Assembly: GCA_032718475.1 (NCBI GenBank)
Contig: JAUCBJ010000245.1
Span: 1-63,022 of the forward strand
From: Nemertoderma westbladi
Lineage: Eukaryota > Animalia > Xenacoelomorpha
Reading direction: 5' to 3'
Length of the DNA: 63,022 nt
Part shown: positions 44,143-56,500 of the stretch, in pieces
Position numbering within the stretch: position 1 is the stretch's first letter
How the letters are laid out: each line of letters begins with the position of its first letter
Position numbers and translations under genes: made by a program
The notes under the pieces: generated by a model
The model's input: the letters and a program-made list of their open reading frames with translations, nothing else
The model's database searches: none
What the model was told of the DNA's origin: nothing

Positions 44143-44253
44143 TCGACATGTTCCTGTGGGAAGTTGTTACATCCATCCTGTATTAAACCTTATATGTGGC
44201 TCTCGATGGGTTCCTGTGGGAAAGTTGTTACCTCCATCCCATATTAAGTCTAT
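44143..44253 (+). repeat. ~55-bp tandem repeat, left part (continues at 46131-46240)
   Basis: GGTTCCTGTGGGAAAGTTGTTACCTCCATCCCATATTAAG, two copies on each side of the LINE. Confidence 0.8.
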
Positions 44254-46128
44254 CTTAAGATAGATCTTAAGATAGCCTACAAAGTTAAAACCGAACAACC
44301 AACAACCGAAAACATTAACAAGGTTGAGAAAGCTAAGAACGATCTTAAATTGGCCTACAACATCAGCCAGGAAAAGTACATACAGGATAAAACTGAAGCA
44401 ATTACAACTGCTCACATACAGCAACAATCAAGACTTACCTGGCAAACTGTAAATGAGGTATCTGGTCGGAAAAGTTGTGCAAAGGGGCGCCCCAAAGCCG
44501 ATAGTCCTGAAGAACGTGTTGGGAAGTGGAAAAATCACTTCAGCAACTTGCTTGGGCAGCCACCAAACATCGAGGTCGGCCCTACAAGAAAGACCTACTA
44601 CCTATAGAAACAGGGGACTTCATACCTGCCGAACTCCAAAGAAGCATTAAAAGCATGTCCAATAATAAAGCGAGTGGATTAGATGAAATCCCAGCGGAGG
44701 TATGGAAAACCGGAGTGCTAAACAGACCATTATTGAATGTTTGCAACCTGATGTTAAAAGGGGAAAAGCCACCACCAATTTGGACTAAAGGTCAACTAAA
44801 GCCTCTCCCCAAGAAAGGAGACCTTGGCATACCAACAAACTATCGTGGGATCTGTCTGCTTGTGGTAGCTGCCAAAATATACAATAAAATGATTCTATAT
44901 AGGATTAGGCCTCACATAGAGAAACTACTGCGTAAGAGCCAAAACGGATTTCGACCAAGTAGATCAACAATAACTCAGATACTTGCACTACGGAGACTGA
45001 TTGAAGGAATTAAGTCAAAGAATCTCCCCGCTGTCATGACTTTAGTGGACTTCAAGAAGGCATTCGACTCCATCCATAGAGGTAAAATGCTTGAAATCCT
45101 AAGAGCTTATGGAATACCAGAAGTAATTGTTGCTGGCATTGGATTGTTATATTGTGACACAGAAGCGCAGGTACTCTCACCAGATGGTGAAACTGAGTTT
45201 TTCTCAATCCTGGCTGGCGTACTGCAAGGTGACACATTAGCACCATTACTATTTGTAATTGTGCTGGATTACGCAATGAGGACGGCCACAAAGGGTGAAG
45301 AGTGAAGACCTGGGATTCACACTTCAAGAACGCAGAAGTAGTAGATATCCGGCAACTACAGTCACAGACACCGACTTTGCGGATGACATCGCCCTGCTCT
45401 CTAATACCCTAGCAGATGCACAGCTTCTACTAAATAAAGTGGAGAGGGCTGCTAAGGAGGTTGGATTGCATATAAATGCTACAAAGACCGAATTCATGAC
45501 CTTTAATGTTGATGGAAACTTGACAACCATTGATAATAATCAACTAAGGAAGGTCGATGACTTCCAGTACCTTGGATCATGGATAGAGAGTAGCAAAAAG
45601 GACATAGAAGTTAGGAAAGCAAAGGCTTGGGTAGCTCTATCAAAAATGGATACCATCTGGAAATCAGATCTCTCCAGGAACCTGAAGACTAAGTTCTTTC
45701 GAGCCACAGTGGAAAGTGTATTTTTATATGGGGGTGAGACCTGGACACTGACTAAATCACTTGAACAACGAATTGGTGGTTGCTACACAAGACTACTAAG
45801 GGCAGCCCTAAACATCAGCTGGAGACAACACATGACAAACGCCGAGCTTTATGGTACAATACCACCTGTATCAACCACCCTCCGTGAACGCAGATTAAGA
45901 TTCAGTGGGCACTGCTGGCGAAGTAAAGACGAGGTCATACCAGATCTACTTTTCTGGCAACCAACTCATGGAAAGCGTAGTCGTGGAAGACCGGCCATAA
46001 CATATATAGATCAACTTGAAAGAGATACTGAACTTAGGAGAAACGAAATTGCGACAACTATGGAGAATCGGGAAGCCTGGAAGGATCTCATTTCCACTGT
46101 CCGAGTTCGCTCGACCTAGTAGTAGTAG
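44254..46128 (+). mobile_element. 5'-truncated RTE-like LINE, frameshifted, with (TAG)n tail
   Basis: ORF pieces 44350-44607, 44526-45305 and 45295-46119 contain YRGI, QNGFR, DFKKAFD, GVLQGDTLAP, DFADD. Candidate TSD TAAGTCTAT. Confidence 0.9.
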
Positions 46129-46409
46129 TAAGTCTATTTATCGACGGGTTCCTGTGGGAAAGTTGTTACCTCCATCCCATATTAAGTCTATTTATCGACG
46201 GGTTCCTGTGGGATAGTTGTTACCTCCATCCCGTATTAAATTTATTTTATTTATTTTTACGCACCTAACATATATCCTTTCTGTATTTCTAATAAAATAT
46301 AAGTACAAAGTTTTACTTTATTTTCTGCTTACTTTATATCGCTACTTATTCTATAGTGATTCCCCGTGTTTATTTCCCCTTATATTTGCCTGTTTATTTT
46401 CCTGGTAGG

Positions 46410-47010
46410 ACTAGCTTCCAGATAGTACCATGTTAATGCTAAGATGGTAGCAGGATTGGCGATCCCGATCTGACTCGAAGGCTACATGATCTCGTTGGGC
46501 TGGCAGATGCAGAACAAGAGTTTTTAAATCCCAATCTGAATGAGTTCCTCATTTGGCATCATGATCTAGTTGGGCCGACAGATACAGATAGTACCACAAA
46601 ACTGCTATAGTGGTGGCAGGGTTTCATCTATCCCGACGTGACTGAGTAAGGCTGCATGTAAGGCATGTCTTGTTGGGCCGGCAGATACAGATAGTACCAT
46701 GTTACTGCTATAACTGGTAGCAAGAAGTTTGACATCCCAATCTGACTACTCGACAGCTACACGTATTACCACGTTACTGCATTAGTGGTAGCAAGAAGTT
46801 TGCAATCCCGACCTGACTGGTTTGTTTGTAGTACATGACAGAACAGAGAGAACATGGTAGTACATGGTAGTAGATGGTAGAAGACGGTAGAACTCGGTAG
46901 TACATGGTAGGGCATGGTATGACATGGTAGGATATGGTAGGGCACGGTAGGTTGCAATAGGTCACAGTAGGACACTGTAGAACTCGGTAGTACTCAGTAG
47001 AACTCAGTAT
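46410..47010. repeat. Degenerate repeats plus a ~10-bp CATGGTAG/CGGTAG minisatellite
   Basis: Recurrent GATAGTACCA, TGGTAGCA and ATCCCGA-CTGACT blocks, then 10-mers at 46853-47010. Confidence 0.6.
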
Positions 47011-47040
47011 TATTATATTTCACTAATTTCGCATGTTACA

Positions 47041-50000
47041 CCGATCCCCCAGTCATGTTTATATGAGTGTCGGTGGTTATGTTATTTGCCCCAGCAGACA
47101 ACTGGTTGTTACTCAGGGATGGGGTTCATGATCTGTTTGGCCCATTCGGTGACACTGTCTAGGAGAGGTGTGGTAGCATAGGTGGGGTTATTTCCAACCC
47201 GCATTCCTCACCTTGATGAGAGCTGTCATCAGTCCTCCCTGTTGGATCCTCGTGTACGGTCTAGTCGAGGTCTGTCACCTTCTAGTCAAAGGATTCGTTG
47301 GCTGTTCCATAATAGGCTGGGTTTATGTTTTCTCGGGTTTTTGGGTCTGTCACAATGCTGTTTGATGATTGTCTGATCTATCTTGTCTATTGTCACCTGG
47401 ATGGGTTCATGATAACTTGGGCTTATTTTTCTCTTAGTAGATGGGATGGGTTAGGGTTAGTCATCTCCTCCACTTCATCGATGGTTGCAGATATTATACA
47501 ACCTGAAACCTGATGCAGTGGTTGGATACGGTTTGCGCTGGGGGGGGGGGGGGGGGGGGCTGTTGGTATGTATGGGTACACTGAGAGACCACCCGAATGG
47601 TGTCTGTATTGCGACTGGATCTTGTTGTGGGTCTGGTCCATTTACGACTGCAAAACGTGTGTCCTGTGGGGCAGTCCATACCGAGTATGGTTGTAACTCT
47701 TGGTATGTCCAGTTCCAGTATCGTAGAAATCGATGTTATTGAGATGTTCATAGTGAGCTATTTCTACTTCTGTTGTTTGCCTTGCATTAATGTTTATGCC
47801 TGCTGTGAATATTATGGGGTTGCAGTTGATGTTGTAGTTGCATCCATGTCCAATTCCCTTTATAATACATTACCGGTTTCGATTTCCATAAGTTTGTCTT
47901 TGGAGGTAAGTGTGGTTATGGCCATTTTGCTGGTTTTAGTTGGTATTCCCAATCTTTGGGCTACGGTCTTTTCTGTTAAGGTAAAGATACTTCATTGTCT
48001 ATTAATGTCAATGTTGTGAGTGATTTTCCATTGGCGTTTCAGATCCTCACTGGTACAACTCCTAATAGTACGGTTTGATGTTTGTTACCCATATCTGTAG
48101 CTGTCACTTGTGTTTCTCGAGGTATGTTTCTGTTATGTTCTACTTCGGGACATATATTGTGTATGTGTTCATGTTTCTCGCAACAACGACAAAGCTGGTA
48201 TGATGTGGTGTAGTCTCTCCTGTCCACAGGTGGCAGGCAGTTCTTGCCAGTCTTGGTAATTAAGCGTGTCGTGTGTTGAGTTGCTGTGTATCTGACACGA
48301 TTGTCTCGGGGTATAGGGTTTGGAGTATAAATGGTCTAAGGTTATTTGTACTTTTTGCATTGCTGCATTGTTGTCGGCATTGTCTGTTCACCATGGTCTT
48401 TGTGGTGAAGCTGGGCCTATTGGTCTATACCAGTGTTTCCGGTTGTTTGACTCCCTGGATAATGCCCTTTTTGGACTTGTAGTCCACTGCTCGTCTACAT
48501 GCCTGTGTGGGCACACTTGTGGACTCGTAGTCCCCTCCCCGTCAATGCATGCCACATATGATGCTGCATATGACCGTGTTCGTCTTGGCATTGGATCTGC
48601 TGGATTGTGAGGTGGTTTTGATTTATATTCAGGTGATGCTGGTTTACTAAAGTTGTCTTCTCCATATATGGGATCTGTAAGGACTTCTGATTGGTATGTT
48701 ATGAATTTTGATAGTTCTTGCATTCCTGGTTTGTCGGTATTCTTTTCTCTGGTCTTAAATGCGTTTTCTCGCCATTTATTGCGGAAGCACTTTGGTAAAG
48801 GTTCGACTAAAGTCATCATGTTTGATGAGGTGTTTAGTTCCTGTGGTTTATTAAGTGTTGGTAAGGTGATGAGTGCTTTTCTTACTTTATTAACATATTT
48901 ATTTATGTTTGTTGGTGTATCTGCATTCTGCAATTGTTGTTGCTGTTAGATTTTTAAGTGTCAGTTTGATGATTTTATCATTCCGTATGATTATCCGTAT
49001 TCTCAATCTAGAGCTTCCCAAGCAATTTCGAATCCGTTACTCATCCCTAGATGTTCGTGCACAATGTTATATGCTTCTCCTGATGTGAAACACTGTAGAT
49101 ATTTTAAGCAGTCAGGTGCTGATAGGTTCTTGGCTAGTATCTCCTTGCTGTACATGTTATGGAATTGGATGTATTTTTCTGGTTTTGTTCTATCGAATTT
49201 AAATGCCTCGACAGCTGGCAGTTTAAGTTTAATCTTGATGGCATTGACTGATGTATGCATCGAGTTTGCTTCATTCCATAGTGCTGTGTCTGTTTATGTT
49301 TCATTCCTTTGTGGTGTTGTTTGCGGACTTCCATCTTTGTTTGTTGTTTTGGTTGTCTACCTGGATAGGATATGGGTGATAATTTTTGTTGATAGCTGTT
49401 GCAATGTAACTGGTTTGGTACTGTTGTTCTTACCGGTATGGTGCCTCCACGTCCACAGTCTGGATGTGCGTGTTGTCTATCATGTTGGCCGTAGTTAGTA
49501 TTCGGTTTATCCACTCGCTGTGGTACTGTAGTCCTAACTGTGTGGCTGTCTCCCAACCCTGTGTGTGATGAATATATATGTAATGCACACACTGTTGTTG
49601 TTGTACGCTCATTGTCATATGTGGGTTGGGTGGATCATTTTGATTTTCTGTAATATATTCCCCTGTATTATATTCGTCTACGTTATATGCAGTATAATTA
49701 ATTGGATTCTGTTTGTTATGCTGCATATTATAGTTATTATCCTCCCATCCGGGTGCTATGTGGGGCGAGACACATAGTCGGCGAGCCTTGGCATACGGTT
49801 CATATAGGGCAAATGGGGCATGTCCGTCTGTCTGTCTGTCTGTCTGTCTGGTAAATGTTTGAACGCGAATTTCTCGGCATCGCTGGTTCGGAATTGAACC
49901 AAACTGAGTAGGTAAGTAGTAGAGAGAAAGTTTAGAAAGTTTGTAAAGTTTGGTGAAAAATCATGCAGTCTGACGTCAGCTACGACAGATTATGTGGTTT

Positions 50001-52094
50001 TTAGAAAATGTTAAATTTCTCGGGAAGGCCTCATTTTCCTGAGCTGAAATTTTGATGGCCTGTAGAGAATCATGAAGTCTATCTTTTACGAAATTGAAAA
50101 GTTAAGACATTTAATTGGGGATCCGCTAGAGACTCAGAAGTAATGACATAGGACTACCGGTACGGTACTGCTGTACAGTGCTGCACTGGTAAGTACGAAA
50201 TTGCAGAATAACAATTTGACACCACCTAGCGGATTAACATATGATTGTATATCGAATGAATACATTTATAGCATGGGATATGGGGTCCAAACTAGACATG
50301 CCCCATTTGCTCTATATGAACCGTATGCCAAGGCTTGCCGACTACGTGCTGCGCGAAGTCCCCACGAACGTGTTACTATGCATAGGCTCCAGTTGGGGGT
50401 TAAGCCTATCTGTGTAATAAGTTCTATCTAAATAAATTGGCCTATCGACATTAATAGCTGCATATTGCTGCAGTTACCTAGCTACCGGTTGAATATTAGG
50501 CCTACTGTAGTATTGCAGTATGCTGCTGTGGTACCAGTACAAGCCTAGAAGATGTCTGCCTAGGTACCGGCCGATATGGATCTTCTTCAGGGTCCAATGG
50601 TTTAGATTGTCGACGTTCGAATTCATCCTTATTATTTTCAAAACGCACATTGTTTTCTGTCGATTTTCTACTGTATTACGGCTCCGTGAGTCTGCTACAG
50701 TATTGGGGTTTTCGAAAATTTCTGCCGTTGTGCGGTGCTCCTGGGTTACATCAGTGGTGCCTAGGGAAAAATCGCAGTGTGCTGTTTCCTCGACGTTTTC
50801 CAGAACCTCTTGGTTGGTTTCTCCGTTAGATGTGTGGCCCTGTAATGTTTTACTGACATTCTGCCTATCTTCAGATATGCTATTTTATTAATTTTATTAT
50901 TTTTATTTGTTATACTAGATTTGTTATTAATTGAATTACTCTGTCCACACCAGTCAATTGTTCTGTCATATTTATTTTTGCATTTCAATTAATTTATGTT
51001 CCATGATCTCCTTTACTCGAAGTTTAACTTCCGCTCGTCATTAAGTTTACCTGACAGGGTGACACTCCGATATTATAGGTTTTTAATCTTTCATGAAGTT
51101 TTCTACGGGTTTACTTACCCTCACTCCTTCTCTCTTGCTCTCTCAACTCTCTCTGCTCTCTCTGCTCTTCTTTCAATTCTCTTTGCTCCTCAGCCACAAA
51201 CTCCTCTAACTCCCGCAGAGCATCTTGCTCCTCTGTTTGGGTTATATCGAAGACATACCTTGGCTTATATTTGCGCTTATTTATCTTACTATAGATGGAG
51301 TAATGGATTTTAATGATAAACCACTACGTGCGCCTCTGGCCTTACTTGAACCTGCCGATGACACAGAGTCCTTGGGGTGTACTTCCTCCAGATGCGTGTC
51401 ATTGACTTCCCGCTCCCCATTTTGGCTAGATCCGACCGCGCACACTACATAGGGGCCCTACTACAATGTCATGTAAAATTAACCTCCTACTACTAAGAGT
51501 TCTTATACCTTCACCAACCTGCCAGCTAATTGTTCAGCCCTTTCTGATTCACCCCTCTTACTTAAGTGTTCGAAATATAAGTTTGTACTATATAGAGTAT
51601 GTAATAGATTGGAACTAACATTACCCTTTCTATTCGTTTCTTCTACATCTCTCTACTTACGGCGGTAGTTCCTTCCAAGTTTTTATATCTCGTCGAGGGA
51701 TCCTGTTGTGGTTGCGATTGTGTTCCCCATTGATGTCCTTATCCCTCGTCACTGAAGCCATCATCATCGAACTCGTTGTTGATCCCGGATTCTCTCCATA
51801 TTGCGTTCGACATTGGGTTTTGCCCGCCCGATATTCGCGTGATCTTCGCGGGTTGTCTCATCGTGGCCTATCGTCAGGTTCGCTGGACCCGACTTGCAAC
51901 GCCTCATCCTCCTGGCGGACCATCCCCTCCAGGATTGTTTCTTCCTGGGTCGTTCCTCCAGACGCTTCCATCCCTGCCACCTCCTCGAGCGGCAAGTGTT
52001 CGACGCTCTGGGTAACCGATGGAGTCGGTGTTGTAGCCTGCGTTGGTCTGCGGCTGCCCATCGTGGATCCCATTGGCGTTCTTCTTTGCATCAC
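47041..52094 (-). pseudogene. gag: Decayed BEL/Pao-like gag(-protease) region lacking RT and integrase
   Basis: FKFDRTKPEKYIQF...LKYLQCFTSGEA...AWEALD (BEL gag-like), LPKCFRNKW, Cys/His knuckles (LCRCCEKHEHIHNIC). PPT-like GGGGGATCGG followed by TGTAACA at 47040. Confidence 0.65.
49734..50370. mobile_element. Non-autonomous HINE/DINE-1-like or MITE insertion
   Basis: 54-bp inverted repeats at 49771-49824 and 50295-50348, and a (GTCT)n microsatellite. Boundaries approximate. Confidence 0.6.
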
Positions 52095-53544
52095 TTTAGT
52101 TTAACTGTCACGGTAGCTGGCTGGGTCTAAGAGTAAATGGGCGGCCGGTTACAGAGTGGGTGATAGAGTTTCTAGTGTATAATTCTGTTTTAAATGGTTC
52201 TGTAGGGACGGTTGTCTCTGACCTGGACATTGGGGAAAACTAGCGTCTTGTTTCTGCTTCCATGTATAATAAAATATATCATAGGTAATAAACAGTTACC
52301 AGTAATAGCACAAGTCATAAGTTAGTAAGTTACCATAATAAGATATCATTACACTAATGCGACTTCTCAGGGAGTGAGATGCACACATATTGAGGTATAA
52401 ATTATTATTACAGTCAATGTTACCTACAAAATAGATAGAGAGATAGTTTCTGCCCTGACCAATGGGGTGAAAAGGCTACTGTTCTATTATTGGCTGGTGC
52501 AAACTGATTAATCGCTTACTTGTCTTAATTAATCTTTCTCTCTCTATCTATTGGTGACGGCATAATGTCAGTATGCCATTACCTAAGTAGATTGGTTATA
52601 ATGCACTGCACCAATAAATATTATACATCAAACAATAGCTTAACATTTAATATGCTTAATATTATATATTAACATTATATATGAGGTGACATATTGGTTT
52701 TCTGGGTGTCGAAGTGCCTCAGGGATTGCTCCCGTAACAAGAGCTGGGGCCAAAAATTTATTTTTTATTCCACGTAGAACACGTAGAACACGTAGAACTG
52801 CTCGTGGGTCAGAGGTCGTTGAAATATTATGGTCCAATAACGTGGAATTCTCTGCCTAAAGAACTTCGGGATATACGATGACGGAAGTTGTTTACTAACC
52901 AAATCAAAGCATATTTACTTATTTACTTTCGATTTAAACCTAAAATTATACAATTACGGGAAATGATTTACTGGCAGCCCGTTCTAACCATTTATATTTT
53001 TTGTTTCAATTTTTTTGGTTTACAAATATAAATTTGGAATTGTTTGATTTGCATAAATTATTGCATATACCATTTATTGTATATATATTATAGCTTTTAT
53101 TATCTTGAATATTTGCAAAACCGCTGTCACGGATTGTTTGTTTTTTTGTAAATAAAAATTTAATTAATGACCATTATTTTGTTTAATTGTTACAGTATTA
53201 GTAATTATACTAACTGGTAATTATAAGTTGTATGGGTACAGCACTTACCAGCACCTCGCCTGCCCCGCCATTTTTTGGACTGCCCACTGCATCAGAGTTA
53301 TACATAATTATGTGTATGAATAAAATATAAGATTTTATATGCTTTGGTGGTGGGTCAGGTTCATTAATTATTATTATTGATAATAAAAAATAATAAAGTA
53401 AAGTAAAGTATCCTCTGTCTGCAGCTAGGGGGCGAATTGTCAGAAATGCGTAGATGTAGCCATAATTGTAATGCGTAGATGTAGCTGTCCAACCATCAGA
53501 TTCATCTGAAATTTGGTAAGAGTGTCCTGAGCATTGCTTAAATA

Positions 53545-56500
53545 GAACAAGTAGGCAAGCTAACGAAGTAGTAAAGCAAGCAGAAACAAGTAGGCAAGCT
53601 AACGAAGTAGTAGAGCAAACAGAAACAGTAGGAAAACCAACGAAGTAGTAGAGCAAACAGAAACAGTAGGCAAACTAACGAAATAGTAGAGCAAACAGAA
53701 ACAAGTAGGCAAACTAACTAAGTAGTAGAGCAAATAGAAACAGTAGGCAAACTAACGAAATAGTAGAGCAAACAGAAACAGTAGGCAAACTAACGAAGTA
53801 GTAGAGCAAACAGAAACAGGCAAACTAACGAAGTAGTAGAGCAAACAGAAACAGGCAAACTAACGAAATAGTAGAGCAAATAGAAACAAGTAGACAAACT
53901 AACGAAGTAGTAGAGCAAACAGAAACAGGCAAACTAACGAAGTAGTAGAGCAAACAGAAACAGTAGGCAAACTAACGAAGTAGTAGAGCAAACAGAAACA
54001 GTAGACAAGCTAACGAAGTAGAAGAGTAAACAGAAACAGTAGGAAAACTAACGAAGTAGTAGAGCAAACAGAAACAGTAGACAAACTAACGAAGTAGTAG
54101 AGTAAACAGAAACAGTAGACAAGCTAACGAAGTAGAAGAGCAAACAGAAACAGTAGGAAAACTAACGAAGTAGTAGAGCAAACAGAAACAGGCAAACTAA
54201 CGAAATAGTAGAGCAAATAGAAACAAGTAGACAAACTAACGAAGTAGTAGAGCAAACAGAAACAGGCAAACTAACGAAGTAGTAGAGCAAACAGAAACAG
54301 TAGGCAAACTAACGAAGTAGTAGAGCAAACAGAAACAGTAGGCAAACTAACGAAGTAGAAGAGCAAACAGAAACAGTAGGCAAACTAACGAAGTAGTAGA
54401 GTAAACAGAAACAGGCAAACTAACGAAGTAGTAGAGCAAACAGAAACAGGCAAACTAACGAAGTAGTAGAGCAAACAGAAACAGTAGGCAAACTAACGAA
54501 GTAGTAGAGCAAACAGAAACAGTAGGCAAACTATCGAAGTAGTAGAGCAAACAGAAACAGTAGGCAAACTAACGAAGTAGTAGAGCAAACAGAAACAGGC
54601 AAACTAACGAAGTAGTAGAGCAAACAGAAACAGTAGGCAAACTAACGAAGTAGTAGAGCAAACAGAAACAGTAGGAAAACTAACGAAATAGTAGAGCAAA
54701 CAGAAACAAGTAGGCAAACTAACGAAATGGTAGAGCAAACAGAAACAGTAGGCAAACTAACGAAGTAGTAGAGCAAACAGAAACAAGTAGGAAAACTAAC
54801 GAAGTAGTAGAGCAAACAGAAACAGTAGACAAGCTAACGAAGTAGTAGAGCAAACAGAAACAAGTAGGAAAACTAACGAAGTAGTAGAGCAAACAGAAAC
54901 AGTAGGCAAACTAACGAAGTAGTAGAGCAAACAGAAACAGTAGCAAACTAACGAAGTAGAAGAACAAACAGAAACAGTAGGCAAACTAACGAAATAGTAG
55001 AGCAAACAGAAACAGTAGGCAAACTAACGAAGTAGTAGAGCAAACAGAAACAATTAGGCAAACTAACGAAGTAGTAGAGCAAACAGAAACAGTAGCAAAC
55101 TAACGAAGTAGAAGAGCAAACAGAAACAGTAGGCAAACTAACGAAGTAGTAGAGCAAACAGAAACAGGCAAACTAACGAAGTAGTAGAGCAAACAGAAAC
55201 AAGTAGGCAAACTAACGAAGTAGTAGAGCAAACAGAAACAGTAGCAAACTAACGAAGTAGAAGAGCAAACAGAAACAGTAGGCAAACTAACGAAGTAGTA
55301 GAGCAAACAGAAACAGGCAAACTAACGAAGTAGTAGAGCAAACAGAAACAAGTAGGAAAACTAACGAAGTGGTAGAGCAAACAGAAACAGTAGCAAACTA
55401 ACGAAGTAGAAGAGCAAACAGAAACAGTAGGCAAACTAACGAAGTAGTAGAGCAAACAGAATCAGTAGGCAAACTAACGAAATAGTAGAGCAAACAGAAA
55501 CTAACGAAATAGTAGAGCAAACAGAAACAGTAGGCAAACTAACGAAGTAGTAGAGCAAACAGAAACAGTAGGCAAACTAACGAAGTAGTAGAGCAAACAG
55601 AAACAGTAGGCAAACTAACGAAGTAGTAGAGCAAACAGAAACAGGCAAACTAACGAAGTAGTAGAGCAAACAGAAACAGTAGGCAAACTAACGAAGTAGT
55701 AGAGTAAACAGAAACAAGTAGGCAAACTAACGAAGTAGTAGAGCAAACAGAAACAAGTAGGCAAACTAACGAAGTAGTAGAGCAAACAGAAACAAGTAGG
55801 CAAACTAACGAAGTAGTAGAGCAAACAGAAACAGTAGGCAAACTAACGAAGTAGTAGAGCAAACAGAAACAGTAGGAAAACTAACGAAGTAGTAGAGCAA
55901 ACAGAAACAGTAGGCAAACTAACGAAGTAGTAGAGCAAACAGAAACAAGTAGGCAAACTAACGAAGTAGTAGAGCAAACAGAAACAGTAGGCAAACTAAC
56001 GAAGTAGTAGAGCAAACAGAAACAAGTAGGCAAACTAACGAAGTAGTAGAGCAAACAGAAACAAGTAGGCAAACTAACAAGTAGTAGAGCAAACAGAAAC
56101 AGTAGCAAACTAACGAAGTAGAAGAGCAAACAGAAACAGTAGGCAAACTAACGAAGTAGTAGAGCAAACAGAAACAGGCAAACTAACGAAGTAGTAGAGC
56201 AAACAGAAACAGTAGGCAAAATAACGAAATAGTAGAGCAAACAGAAACTAACGAAATAGTAGAGCAAACAGAAACAGTAGGCAAACTAACGAAGTAGTAG
56301 AGCAAACAGAAACAGTAGTCAAACTAACGAAGTAGTAGAGCAAACAGAAACAAGTAGGCAAACTAACGAAGTAGTAGAGCAAACAGAAACAGTAGGCAAA
56401 CTAACGAAGTAGTAGAGCAAACAGAAACAGTAGGCAAACTAACGAAGTAGTAGAGCAAACAGAAACAGGCAAACTAACGAAGTAGTAGAGCAAACAGAAA

